In this document: one piece after another, positions 24,975-33,626 of the stretch
Layout of the letters: each line of letters begins with the position of its first letter
Numbering within the stretch: the first letter of the stretch is position 1
DNA from: Planctomycetia bacterium
Lineage (GTDB): Bacteria > Planctomycetota > JAJSAM01 > JAJVHW01
DNA length: 33,626 nucleotides
Direction: 5' to 3'
NCBI GenBank assembly: GCA_031404455.1
Contig: JANNHP010000090.1
Coordinates: forward strand, 1-33,626
The notes under the pieces: model-generated
The model's input: the letters and a program-made list of their open reading frames with translations, nothing else
Told to the model about the DNA's origin: nothing
The model's database searches: none
Program-made: the position numbers and the translations under genes

Positions 24975-25281
24975 GGCGCCCTCCTCGTTCGCCTGCAATC
25001 GTAGCGGTTCCCACCAGACGGGGACAGCGGCACCGCGAATCGGACATCGCTCCCGTCCCGCCCCAGTCGCTCCCGCCGCGCCCGTCCCGCCCGCTGCGCC
25101 GGTCCGCGCTCTCGCCGAGACGGTGGGCCCGGGGATGCCCTGTTTCTTCGGCTGCATGCTCCGGAGCGTCGGGATACTCGTGCCCCTCATCGTCGTGACG
25201 AGCCTGTTGCTGCTCTGAATTGGTGGTCCGGGTTGGGCCGGACCGCGTCCGTCTCGTACCGGGCATACGGAAGGTGACCTC

Positions 25282-27597
25282 ATGGAGCTTGGAATCATCC
25301 TGGGCGTGAGCCTGCTCGGCCTCGTGGCGGCGGGCCTTCTGGCGAAGTGGGTGCTGGCCCTCGACCAGGGCCCGGAGTCGATGCAGAAGGTGGCCCGCGC
25401 GATCAAGTCCGGCGCCGAGGAGTTCCTGAGCCGGATGAACACCACGATCATCAAGATCGCGGTCCCGCTCGCGTGCCTCATCTACATCCTCTATGCGTTC
25501 ATCAGGAAGCCGACGGAGTTCGATCCGACGGGCAAGGACGGCGCGGGTGCCCTGGCACTCTGGACGGCCGGATCGTTCGTCCTCGGCGCCGCCTGCTCGA
25601 TGTTCGCCGGCTACGTCGGCATGTGGATCGCGATCCGCACGAACATCCGGACGGCGAACGCCGCCCGCACGTCGCTGAACGGCGCGTTGCAGGCCGCTCT
25701 CCGCGGCGGCGCGGTGTCGGGTCTCCTCGTCGTCGGCATGTCGCTCCTCGGCGTGGGCGGCCTCTACGCGATCGCGAACGCCATGGAGGCGACGGGCACG
25801 GGCCCCAACGCCGCGATGAAGATCCCGCTGCTGATCGTGGGCTACGGCTTCGGCGCCTCGCTCGTCGCGCTCTTCGCGCAGGTGGGCGGCGGCATCTACA
25901 CGAAGGCGGCCGACGTCGGCGCCGACCTCGTCGGCAAGGTCGAGGCGGGCATCCCCGAGGACGATCCGCGCAACCCGGCCGTCATCGCGGACCTCGTCGG
26001 CGACAACGTCGGCGACTGCGCCGGCCGCGGCGCCGACCTCTTCGAGTCCACGGCCGCCGAGAACATCGGCGCGATGATCCTCGCCGCGTCGCTCGCCGAG
26101 CACAGTCACATCGGCGGCGCCACCGCGATCGGCCTGATGATGTTCCCGCTCGTCGCGCGCGCCTTCGGCATCGTGGCGTCGATCATCGGCCTCTTCTTCG
26201 CGAACATCCGCGAGGACCAGGACCCGATGGACGGCCTGAACCGCGGCTACTACGTCACGTCGTTCCTCTCGGCGATCGGGTTCTTCGTCGCGACGAAGTG
26301 GCTGTTCGTCCCGTTCATCACCGAGGTCGCGGCCAAGCCGGGCAGCACGGTGGACGTCGGCGGATGGTGGAAGATCCTCGCCTGCGGGCTCATCGGCATC
26401 CTCACGTCGCAGGCGTTCGTCTACATCACGCAGTACTACACGGAATACAAGTACCGCCCCGTCCGAGAGATCGCCGACGCGTCGGTGACCGGCCCCGCGA
26501 CGAACATCATCTCGGGCTTCGCGGTCGGCCTCGAATCGACGCTCCTGCCGGTCATCGTCGTGTCGATCGCGCTCGTCTCGAGCTACATGTTCGGCAATTC
26601 CGCGTGTCCCGGCGGCGGGCTCTTCGGCACGGCCGTCGCCACGATGGGCATGCTCGGCACGGCGGGCTACATCCTCGCCATGGACACGTTCGGCCCGATC
26701 ACGGACAACGCGGGCGGCATCGTGGAGATGAGCGATCAGCCCGAGGACGTGAGGAAGCGCACCGACCGCCTCGATTCCTGCGGCAACACGACCAAGGCCC
26801 TCACGAAGGGCTACGCCGTCGGCTCGGCCGCCCTCGCCGCGTTCCTGCTCTTCTCCGCCTACATCGACGAGGTCCACCACTACGCGGGCAAGGACTCGAT
26901 GCCGGCGATCAACCTCAGCAAGCCCGAGGTGTTCGTGGGCGCGCTCCTCGGCGCCACGCTGGTCTTCTACTTCAGCTCGCTCACGATTCGCGCCGTCGGC
27001 CGCGCGGCGAAGTCGGTCATCGAGGCCGTACGCGAGCAGTTCGCTCCCTTCCGCGTCAACGGCGTGCTCAACCTCCCCGACAAGTTCGAGCCGGACTACA
27101 AGAAGGTCGTCGGAATCGTCACGTCGGGCGCGCTGAAGCAGATGGTGCTCCCCGGCGTGATCGTGGTCGTGATGCCGATCATCGTCGGGCTGATCTTCAA
27201 GAACATCGGCACAAGGGACGTCCTCGACGCCGCCGGAAACTGGATGCCGCTCCTCGACGCGGCGGGCAAGCCGATGCTCGACGCGGCCGGCGCCGTCCGG
27301 CACATGGCGGTCGACGCTACGCTCGGCGCCGAGGTCGTGGCCGGCTTCCTCATGGTCGGCACCATCGCGGGCATCCTGATGGCTCTCACCCTGAACAACT
27401 CGGGCGGCGCCTGGGACAACGCGAAGAAGTACATCGAGACGGGCGCGCACGGCGGGAAACGCAGCGACCCGCACAAGGCGGCCGTCGTCGGCGACACCGT
27501 CGGCGACCCGTTCAAGGACACCGCAGGCCCGTCGCTCCACGTGCTGATCAAGCTGCTGTCGACGATCACGCTCGTGCTGGCACCGCTGTTCCTCTAG
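25282..27597 (+). CDS. hppA: Membrane-bound proton/sodium-translocating pyrophosphatase (H+-PPase)
   Basis: Track ORF 25282..27597(+), 771 aa, ~16 TM helices. Hallmark motifs are GGGIYTKAADVGADLVGKVE, DNVGDCAGRGADLFES and VGDTVGDPFKDTAGPS. AAGGTGA SD upstream of the ATG. The 1902-aa opposite-strand ORF is its shadow. Confidence 0.92.
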   Translation: MELGIILGVSLLGLVAAGLLAKWVLALDQGPESMQKVARAIKSGAEEFLSRMNTTIIKIAVPLACLIYILYAFIRKPTEFDPTGKDGAGALALWTAGSFVLGAACSMFAGYVGMWIAIRTNIRTANAARTSLNGALQAALRGGAVSGLLVVGMSLLGVGGLYAIANAMEATGTGPNAAMKIPLLIVGYGFGASLVALFAQVGGGIYTKAADVGADLVGKVEAGIPEDDPRNPAVIADLVGDNVGDCAGRGADLFESTAAENIGAMILAASLAEHSHIGGATAIGLMMFPLVARAFGIVASIIGLFFANIREDQDPMDGLNRGYYVTSFLSAIGFFVATKWLFVPFITEVAAKPGSTVDVGGWWKILACGLIGILTSQAFVYITQYYTEYKYRPVREIADASVTGPATNIISGFAVGLESTLLPVIVVSIALVSSYMFGNSACPGGGLFGTAVATMGMLGTAGYILAMDTFGPITDNAGGIVEMSDQPEDVRKRTDRLDSCGNTTKALTKGYAVGSAALAAFLLFSAYIDEVHHYAGKDSMPAINLSKPEVFVGALLGATLVFYFSSLTIRAVGRAAKSVIEAVREQFAPFRVNGVLNLPDKFEPDYKKVVGIVTSGALKQMVLPGVIVVVMPIIVGLIFKNIGTRDVLDAAGNWMPLLDAAGKPMLDAAGAVRHMAVDATLGAEVVAGFLMVGTIAGILMALTLNNSGGAWDNAKKYIETGAHGGKRSDPHKAAVVGDTVGDPFKDTAGPSLHVLIKLLSTITLVLAPLFL

Positions 27598-27675
27598 GCG
27601 CGACGAAGTTCGCCAAGGGAACCACAGGGGCGTGACGGACGGCGCCGCAGATACGATCGGGACAGGGAGGATTCC

Positions 27676-28716
27676 ATGACCCGACTTTTCCGGCGCCTCG
27701 TCCTCGCCGCGGCGCTGACCCTCTGTCTCCTGAGCACGCCCGCCGCCGCGAACCCGTACACCGCTTACTTCGACACCCTGCGCGTCAAGGTCGTCGAACT
27801 CCGGGATGCCCTCGTCGAGCCGCTCACCAAGCCCGAGCAGAAGCGCAAGGCGCTGCTCGAGAAGATCCTCGCCGCCATGGACGAGGTCTCGGCGTCCCTC
27901 GCCGGAGATCTCGCGACCGGGAAGGCCGTCGCGGCGACGGTGGTCAAGGGCCTCCTCGACGATCCCGAACTCCCCGACGTCGTCTTCGACCTCCTCACGA
28001 AACTCGGCAGCGACGTGAAGGCGCGCCTCGCCGCCCTCGAAGGGCGCGTGCGGAGTCTGCCGGGCCCGACGGTGAAGAAGGTGCAGAAGGCGCTCGACAG
28101 GGCCCTCGCGGAGCTCGCCAAGGCCGACGCGGCCGCGGTGAAGCGCGATCTCAAGAAGATGGCCGCGGCGATCCAGAAGACGAGCGGCGGCGCCGACGCC
28201 CTCGAGGGGAAGCTGCTCGCGGCGGAGCGCGCCGCGGGCATCACCTACCGTTGCCTCGTCGGGACGGGCTCGACGGTGACGGCCACCCTCGACGGCGCTG
28301 CCTTCCCGGTGGACCCGGCGCGGCTCAAGTGGGAGGCGCGGGTGTTCTGCGACGCGAGCAGCGCGTTCCTCGACCTCCACAGCTTCGAGGTGCGCCTCTA
28401 CCGGCCGACCGCCACGCCGCTCGGCGACAACGTCGACGAGCACATCCTCTTCGGCTACGGCACGGACGCCGGCGGCGGGTCTTTCCACGGAACGGACACG
28501 TACCCCTCGAGCGTCAACTACCTGAAGATCGGCGAAGGTCAGACGGTGAGCGGCACGGGCACGATCACGATCACCACGATCGACCTCGTGACGCCGCGCC
28601 TCGTCGGGTCCGCGACCGCCACCGTGCAGAACCAGATCGGCCCGGAACACACGATCACGCTGTCGTTCGACATCACGTGCCTGAAGCACGTGGACTTCTG
28701 CGGGCACAAGCGCTGA
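27676..28716 (+). CDS. Secreted hypothetical protein (346 aa): signal peptide, Ala/Lys-rich helical N-half, beta-rich Cys-containing C-half
   Basis: Track ORF 27676..28716(+). GGGAGG SD 6 nt upstream. MTRLFRRLVLAAALTLCLLSTPAAA|NPY is a signal peptide. No family recognised. Confidence 0.6.
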   Translation: MTRLFRRLVLAAALTLCLLSTPAAANPYTAYFDTLRVKVVELRDALVEPLTKPEQKRKALLEKILAAMDEVSASLAGDLATGKAVAATVVKGLLDDPELPDVVFDLLTKLGSDVKARLAALEGRVRSLPGPTVKKVQKALDRALAELAKADAAAVKRDLKKMAAAIQKTSGGADALEGKLLAAERAAGITYRCLVGTGSTVTATLDGAAFPVDPARLKWEARVFCDASSAFLDLHSFEVRLYRPTATPLGDNVDEHILFGYGTDAGGGSFHGTDTYPSSVNYLKIGEGQTVSGTGTITITTIDLVTPRLVGSATATVQNQIGPEHTITLSFDITCLKHVDFCGHKR

Positions 28717-28764
28717 CGGCACCCCACCGACGCCGTCATCCCCCGCTGCGACACTCGCCCGCGC

Positions 28765-30009
28765 GTGTCCTCGTCCGCCCTCTCCGCCTACGCCAACCGC
28801 CGGATGGCCGTCCTCCTCGGCCTCGGCTTCGCCTCCGGCCTGCCGAGTGCGCTCACGAAGGACACGCTCGCGTCGTGGATGACGGACGCGAAGCTCGACA
28901 TGAAGACAATCGGCGCCTTCTCGCTCGTGGCACTCCCCTACTCGTTGAAGTTCCTCTGGGCGCCTTTCCTCGATCGCTACGCCCCGCCGATCCTCGGACG
29001 CCGCCGCGGGTGGCTCGTCATCGCGCAGGTCCTGGTGGCGCTCGCGATCGCCGCGATGGCGGCCATCGATCCGACGTCATCGCTCGTCGCAGTCGCCGCG
29101 GCGGCGCTCGCCCTCGCGTTCTTCAGCGCGACGCAGGACATCGTCGCCGACGGCTACCGCGCCGATGTCCTGCCCGAGCGCGAGCTCGGCGCGGGCAACG
29201 CGGTGTTCGTCACCGGATGGCGCGTCGGCTACCTCGCCTCCAGCGCGGGCGTGCTCTGGCTCGTCGGACGCGAGATGACGAGCTGGCCGCTCGCATACGT
29301 GATCGCGGCGGCGGCGATGGCCGTCGGCATCGTGACGACCCTCGCCGCTCCCGAGCCCGAGGCGCCCGCGCGCACCGAGTCGTTCCGCGAGTCCGTCGTG
29401 GCGCCGTTCCGCGAATTCGTCGCGCGGGGCGACGGCTGGGTGGTGCTCGCGTTCGCAATGGTCTTCAAGCTGCCCGACGCGGTCGTCGGCCCGCTCTCGG
29501 TGCCCTTCATGCAGAAGCTCGGGATCGCGAAGGAGGACATCGCGACCGTGCGCCAGGGACTCGGCATCCTCTTCACCGTCGCGGGAACCCTCGTCGGCGG
29601 CGGGATCGTCGCGCGCTTCGGCGTGTGGAAGCCGCTCTGGGTGTTCGGCGTCGCGCAGGCGCTCAGCAACCTCGGCTTCTGGGCGCTCGCGCGGACGGGC
29701 CCCGATCTCGACGTGATGACGTCCGTGATCGCCGTCGAGAACTTCTGCGCCGGGCTCACGACCGCGGGGTTCCTCGCCTTCCTGATGAGCCGCTGCGACA
29801 GGAGGTTCTCGGCCACGCAGTTCGCGCTGCTCACGAGCCTCATGGCGTTCGGCGCGACGGCGATCGGCTCCGTGAGCGGCGCGATCCAGGAGTCGCTCGG
29901 CTGGGAGGGCTTCTTCGCCGCGAGCGTGCTCGCGGGCGTCCCTGGGGTGCTGATGCTGCCGCTCGTCCGCGAGCGCCGGGACGCGGCGGCTACTCCGCCG
30001 GCGGCGTAG
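28765..30009 (+). CDS. ampG: AmpG-family MFS permease (muropeptide / anhydromuropeptide transporter)
   Basis: Track ORF 28765..30009(+), GTG start. The N-terminus MSSSALSAYANRRMAVLLGLGFASGLPSALTKDTLASWMTDAKLDMKTIGAFSLVALPYSLKFLWAPFLDRYAPP aligns almost position-for-position with E. coli AmpG (..RSAILLILGFASGLPLALTSGTLQAWMTVENIDLKTIGFFSLVGQAYVFKFLWSPLMDRYTP). 12 or more TM segments. Confidence 0.85.
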   Translation: MSSSALSAYANRRMAVLLGLGFASGLPSALTKDTLASWMTDAKLDMKTIGAFSLVALPYSLKFLWAPFLDRYAPPILGRRRGWLVIAQVLVALAIAAMAAIDPTSSLVAVAAAALALAFFSATQDIVADGYRADVLPERELGAGNAVFVTGWRVGYLASSAGVLWLVGREMTSWPLAYVIAAAAMAVGIVTTLAAPEPEAPARTESFRESVVAPFREFVARGDGWVVLAFAMVFKLPDAVVGPLSVPFMQKLGIAKEDIATVRQGLGILFTVAGTLVGGGIVARFGVWKPLWVFGVAQALSNLGFWALARTGPDLDVMTSVIAVENFCAGLTTAGFLAFLMSRCDRRFSATQFALLTSLMAFGATAIGSVSGAIQESLGWEGFFAASVLAGVPGVLMLPLVRERRDAAATPPAA

Positions 30010-33000
30010 GCGGCGTCTCGCTCTTGCGCGCCCTCTGGTACAGGAAAGACGCGGCGACGAGAAGCGCGCCGAGCACGAGGAAGCTCCCGATCCGGTACAC
30101 GGCCTCGAGTTGCGCCATGTCCACGAGGAACACCTTCCCGAGCGTCAGCGCGAAGACGGCGAGGCCCATCCACCGCAGCCCCGCCTGCCTGCGCGCGAAG
30201 CCGATCCCGACGAGCGCCGCGGCGTACGCGGCCCACGCGATCGAGATCCACACGATCGCGCGGAACGCCGCCTCCTCGCGCGTGCCGGTGCCCACGTCGC
30301 AGGTGCGACCCCACGCGTGGATCTCGGACGTCAGGAAGACGAGACCCCAGATCACCGCGCAGACGTGGACCGTGTCGCGCATCTTCCCGAGGCACCGCGC
30401 CGCCACCGCGAACGCCGCTGCGAAGACCAGGAAGCAGGCCGCGAACCTCAGGTTGAGGACGAGCGGAAGCGCTGCGTTGCGCCCGTCGATCATCGTCGCG
30501 ACTCCCCAGCAGGCGGCGCCCGCCAGCGGCACGAGTGCGAGCCCGGCCTCGATGCGTTCGTCGTCGATGCCGATCCAGCGCAGCGCTCGCAGCTTCCGCG
30601 CGGCACCCATCCAGGCGATGGCGGCGGCGAAGAGCGCCCATGCGATCGTCGTCCAGTGAGCGGAGTGGAATCGTTCCACCACGGGCCAACGTCCCTGCGA
30701 GTTCTGCAACTCCTGGCGCCATTCGACCCACCAGGGGATCTCGATGGTGACGACGGTAAGCAGGTATGCGAGCCCGACGATCCGTACCGCCCGGCGGACG
30801 CCGTCGAACGGCGCGCGGCCCACGACGTGCGCGGCGATCACGATCGCGATGCCTGCCTGGAACACGCGGTTCGAGAACGGCTCGAGCGGCGAGCCCGGCG
30901 CCCACCCGTGGACCCACGTGCTCACCTGATGACGGTCGACGTGGACGGCGACGTGCCAGACGAGCGCTCCGGCGAGCGCGAGGATCGCGAGCACGCGCTC
31001 GCCGGACGCACTCCCCGTCCCGACCCAAGCAAGCGGCTTCCAGCGCCGCGCGGCCTCCGCGACCGCCAGAACGGATGCGAACGCTGCCCACGCGATCACG
31101 ATCCAGTTGCGCGCGGCGAACTGCGGGTCGTTGCGGTTGCCGTGCATGCCGACGTCGGACGTCTCGCCCCAGGCGTGGATCTCCGCCGTGACGAGCGCCA
31201 GCAGGAAGATCGCCGCCATCGTGCCGAACGAGTTCCCGGCGTTCCTCTCGTCGTCGCGGGCCGCGAACCGCGCCGCCGCCACGATGAGGATTCCCGCGAG
31301 GAACGTGGGGTTCAGCCCGATCGCGAACGGACGCGCGTGGCCGTGGATCAGCAGCGTCATGCCGAAGAGGAGCGCGAAGCCGACCGGCACGAACGCGAGC
31401 GCGCGCCCCAGCGCCGAGCCCCGGCCGAAGAGGCGCGCGGCGAGGAACCCGTACACCGCGAGCGCCGCCGCCGGGGCCACGTAGCGCAGTTCGCGATGCA
31501 GCGCGTCCAACGGGCGGAATCCGCGATAGAGATCGCCCGCGAGGACGAGCGGCAGCACGAGGAGTCCCGCCGCGGCGACGAGCGTGGACGTGGCCGGCGA
31601 AACGCCCTCGGCCTTCGACATCAGCCGTCCGGCGGCGAGGAGCGCCACGCACGGGCACGCGAACACGAAGAACCGCTCGTTCAGGAACGGCGTCGCCGCC
31701 TCGTCGAACATGCCGAGCCGGCTCGCGAGGAGATCGCCGCACGCGAGAGCGATCGTGCCGACGCCGCACGCGAGGAGGATGCCGTGGCGCGTGCGCGTCC
31801 CGGCGTAGACGACGGCGAGTCCCGCGGCGGAGAGCGCGGGCGAGACCGCGTTGCCGCTCGCGACGACGGCGATCGCCGTCGCGAACGCCGCCGCGGCGAA
31901 CCCGAGCAGGCTCTCCGACTCCGCGCGCGCGCCCTCCACGCGTTTCGCGACGAGCCTGGAAGCGAGGAAGTACATGGCGCCGAGCAGCACCACGCCGATG
32001 CCGAGTCCCCATCGGTGCGCGGGGAAGAGGAGTTCGTGACCGGCGACGCCCGACAGCGCGCCGGCGGCGACGACGCCGACGAGCGACTGCGCCGTGGGCC
32101 GCTCCTTCCGCACGATCGCTGGTGCGAGTCCGAGCGTCAGCGACGCCGCGAGGAGCGCCGCGAGGCAGGCGCACGCCACGCCGAGGTTGCTGCCCGTGGC
32201 GTAGCGGTCGAACCACACGCTCACGTACACCGCCGTCGCGAGGAGCGCCAGGAGGTCGAGTCCGTGCCACGCGCGGCGCAGGAGGACGAACAGGAGTCCC
32301 GCGTCGAGCACCGAGAGCCAGACCGTCAGCGCGACGATGTCGCCCGTCTTCCTCGAGAGGAGCCACGGCGCCATGAAGCCGCCGAGGAAACCGAGGTACG
32401 CGAGCACCGGGGCACCGCGCCGCAGCGCGAGCGCCGCGCCGCCTGCCGTGATCCCCGCCGTCAGCGCGAACGCCGCCGTCGTGCCGATCATGTCGTAGAT
32501 CGAGCACGCGAAGTAGTTCGAGAGATAGAGCGCGCCGAGTCCGAAGCCCATCAGCGCCTGACCGAAGACGTCGAAGCCGCGGCGGCGCATCCGGTCGCCG
32601 CCGAAGAGGAGCGCCGCGCCGGCGGTCACACCCATCGCGATGCGCCAACCCGCCGTGATCCAGCCGCGGTCGATCGCGTACTTCAGGAAAAACGCGATGC
32701 CGATGAGTCCGACGATCACTCCGGCGATGAGCATGACGCGGCCGCCGAGGAACGCTTCGAGCGACACCGCGGGCTTCGACGGCACAACGGCGATGGGCCT
32801 CTCGGAGACCGGCCTCGCGCGCGGCGCCGGGGCGGGCGCTGCGATCGGCGCCTCCGGCACGAGAGGCGGCGGCATCGGCAGCGGCGGCGGTTCCTCCGCC
32901 GCGACGGGATGCGTCTCGATCCACGCCGACGGCGCTGGAACGACGATCGGCGCAGGCGGGGGCGACCGGCTCTCGGCGACCGACTGGACTGCTGCGACCG

Positions 33001-33217
33001 GCGGCGTCTCGGCCGCGGGCGAGACCGCTGCAGCGTCGCCGCGGCGTTCGAGCTGCTGCACGCGAATCGTCAGGTCGCGCAGACGCGCCTCGATCCGGTG
33101 CAGCACTTCCGATTCGGAGACGGAGGGCTTCCTGCTGCGCACGACGAGCCACACGACCAACGCGAGGAGCCCGAGGAGGAACATCGGGCAGATGAACCAA
33201 CTCGCGTCGAAGTGCAC
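29990..33217 (-). CDS. Large polytopic membrane protein (1075 aa): N-terminal TM helix, coiled-coil (LHRIEARLRDLTIRVQQLERR), Pro/Ala-rich linker, then >20 TM helices (DUF2339-like architecture)
   Basis: Track ORF 29990..33217(-). GTG start is preceded by GGAGGTGA and lies 3 nt after the upstream glycosyltransferase stop. Two internal repeats carry ..TSEIHAWGRTCDVG.. / ..TAEIHAWGETSDVG.. His/Trp-containing helices. The 3' end overlaps the convergent ampG by 20 nt. The alternative 1331-aa frame (29229..33224) is Arg-rich and rejected. Confidence 0.65.
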   Translation of the reverse strand: MHFDASWFICPMFLLGLLALVVWLVVRSRKPSVSESEVLHRIEARLRDLTIRVQQLERRGDAAAVSPAAETPPVAAVQSVAESRSPPPAPIVVPAPSAWIETHPVAAEEPPPLPMPPPLVPEAPIAAPAPAPRARPVSERPIAVVPSKPAVSLEAFLGGRVMLIAGVIVGLIGIAFFLKYAIDRGWITAGWRIAMGVTAGAALLFGGDRMRRRGFDVFGQALMGFGLGALYLSNYFACSIYDMIGTTAAFALTAGITAGGAALALRRGAPVLAYLGFLGGFMAPWLLSRKTGDIVALTVWLSVLDAGLLFVLLRRAWHGLDLLALLATAVYVSVWFDRYATGSNLGVACACLAALLAASLTLGLAPAIVRKERPTAQSLVGVVAAGALSGVAGHELLFPAHRWGLGIGVVLLGAMYFLASRLVAKRVEGARAESESLLGFAAAAFATAIAVVASGNAVSPALSAAGLAVVYAGTRTRHGILLACGVGTIALACGDLLASRLGMFDEAATPFLNERFFVFACPCVALLAAGRLMSKAEGVSPATSTLVAAAGLLVLPLVLAGDLYRGFRPLDALHRELRYVAPAAALAVYGFLAARLFGRGSALGRALAFVPVGFALLFGMTLLIHGHARPFAIGLNPTFLAGILIVAAARFAARDDERNAGNSFGTMAAIFLLALVTAEIHAWGETSDVGMHGNRNDPQFAARNWIVIAWAAFASVLAVAEAARRWKPLAWVGTGSASGERVLAILALAGALVWHVAVHVDRHQVSTWVHGWAPGSPLEPFSNRVFQAGIAIVIAAHVVGRAPFDGVRRAVRIVGLAYLLTVVTIEIPWWVEWRQELQNSQGRWPVVERFHSAHWTTIAWALFAAAIAWMGAARKLRALRWIGIDDERIEAGLALVPLAGAACWGVATMIDGRNAALPLVLNLRFAACFLVFAAAFAVAARCLGKMRDTVHVCAVIWGLVFLTSEIHAWGRTCDVGTGTREEAAFRAIVWISIAWAAYAAALVGIGFARRQAGLRWMGLAVFALTLGKVFLVDMAQLEAVYRIGSFLVLGALLVAASFLYQRARKSETPPTPPAE

Positions 33218-33220
33218 CCA

Positions 33221-33626
33221 TCACCTCCGGCGGCGGATGCTACGCCCTCCGAGTTCCGCGACGAGCGTTCGCCACGCAGCGATCTCGCGCGCCGGGCGGA
33301 CGAGATGCGCGCGGCGGTCGCCGGCCCGGCGCAGCGCGGCGAGGAACGCCGCGTCCGTCTCCGCGCGACGAAGGCGTCGCGCGAGCGCCGCGGTGTCGCC
33401 GACGGGGAAGAGTCCGGGATGCGCGCTCCCGAGCACGCCGACGACGCCCGGCACGCGCGACGCGATCACCGGCACGCCGAGCGCCAGCGCCTCGGAGAGA
33501 ACGCCCGCGCCGCCCTCCATCCGCGAGCTGAGGACCATCACGTCGCTCCCGGCGAGGACCCGCAGCGTGCTCGCCCGCGGCAGGTCGCCGAGCCAACGAT
33601 AGCGCGGGTTGCGCGCCTCCTCGGCC
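33221..33626 (-). CDS. Glycosyltransferase family 4 (GT-B fold) C-terminal portion; N-terminus lies beyond the window end
   Basis: The minus frame is open from the window end to stop 33221: ..RYRWLGDLPRASTLRVLAGSDVMVLSSRMEGGAGVLSEALALGVPVIASRVPGVVGVLGS.. This is the classic GT4 E(G)xGxxxxEA(M)AxGxPVI motif. Track ORFs 33221..33541 and 33240..33596 are fragments or alternate frames of it. Confidence 0.7.
   Translation of the reverse strand, partial: AEEARNPRYRWLGDLPRASTLRVLAGSDVMVLSSRMEGGAGVLSEALALGVPVIASRVPGVVGVLGSAHPGLFPVGDTAALARRLRRAETDAAFLAALRRAGDRRAHLVRPAREIAAWRTLVAELGGRSIRRRR

Noticed and set aside
23014-28722. 1902-aa minus-strand ORF, the largest in the window
   Set aside because: It is antisense to hppA, the secreted-protein gene and part of the secretin-like gene. 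The translation is dominated by Arg/Asp/Gly/Ala with no motifs. The plus-strand H+-PPase motifs are unambiguous.
29229-33224. 1331-aa minus-strand ORF overlapping the DUF2339-like gene in another frame
   Set aside because: It has Arg-rich junk composition. The 29990..33217 frame gives a coherent polytopic membrane protein with SD and coupled start.
1-33626. tRNA, rRNA, CRISPR arrays, integrase/transposase genes
   Set aside because: Intergenic regions were scanned by eye for tRNA T-loop (GTTCRANYC) and acceptor features, regular repeat-spacer arrays and recombinase motifs. None were found. The only mobile-element-like signatures are the small repeat families described above.

Overview
High-GC (~70%) DNA from a Gram-negative-type bacterium; the TonB-dependent receptor, AmpG, lipobox lipoprotein and secretin-like protein suggest a diderm such as Myxococcota, Gemmatimonadota or Acidobacteriota. 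No rRNA, tRNA or CRISPR array is seen. Because GC is so high, the ORF track is full of long shadow ORFs on both strands. Genes were called only where the translation carries recognisable domain motifs, signal peptides, RBS/start context or tight coupling to a neighbour.

Gene content, in order: a partial secreted matrixin-like Zn metalloprotease, then an RlmI-like rRNA methyltransferase joined to it by a TGATG overlap. A TonB-dependent receptor follows, flanked on both sides by arrays of a 17-20 nt repeat (GGGACGGTCCTGACTTT). Next come a secreted 584-aa protein, a CSLREA-type parallel beta-helix protein, a small PHA-system-family protein, and a flotillin/SPFH protein. There is a degraded restriction/defence remnant: an N-terminally truncated HATPase_c_4 protein plus an hsdR pseudogene with an internal deletion and frameshift. 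Then peroxiredoxin Bcp, a DUF3299 lipoprotein, and an SDR oxidoreductase.

A ~230-bp MITE-like element (15-bp TIRs, perfect 10-bp direct repeats) lies exactly between the SDR stop codon and the next operon. That operon is tightly coupled through overlapping stop/GTG-start junctions: a catalytically degenerate ATP-grasp paralog, a RimK-like ATP-grasp ligase, a RimI-like GNAT, and a COG4389-family large membrane protein. This is the most system-like candidate in the window.

The remainder holds a secreted PPC/NHL-repeat protein, a membrane-anchored hypothetical, a small unannotated histone-H1-like KKPA-repeat protein with perfect SD and a UUCG-loop terminator, a secreted secretin-like protein, H+-pyrophosphatase HppA, a secreted hypothetical, AmpG, a large DUF2339-like polytopic membrane protein, and a partial GT4 glycosyltransferase. 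Hand-derived coordinates (not from the ORF track) may be off by a few nt.
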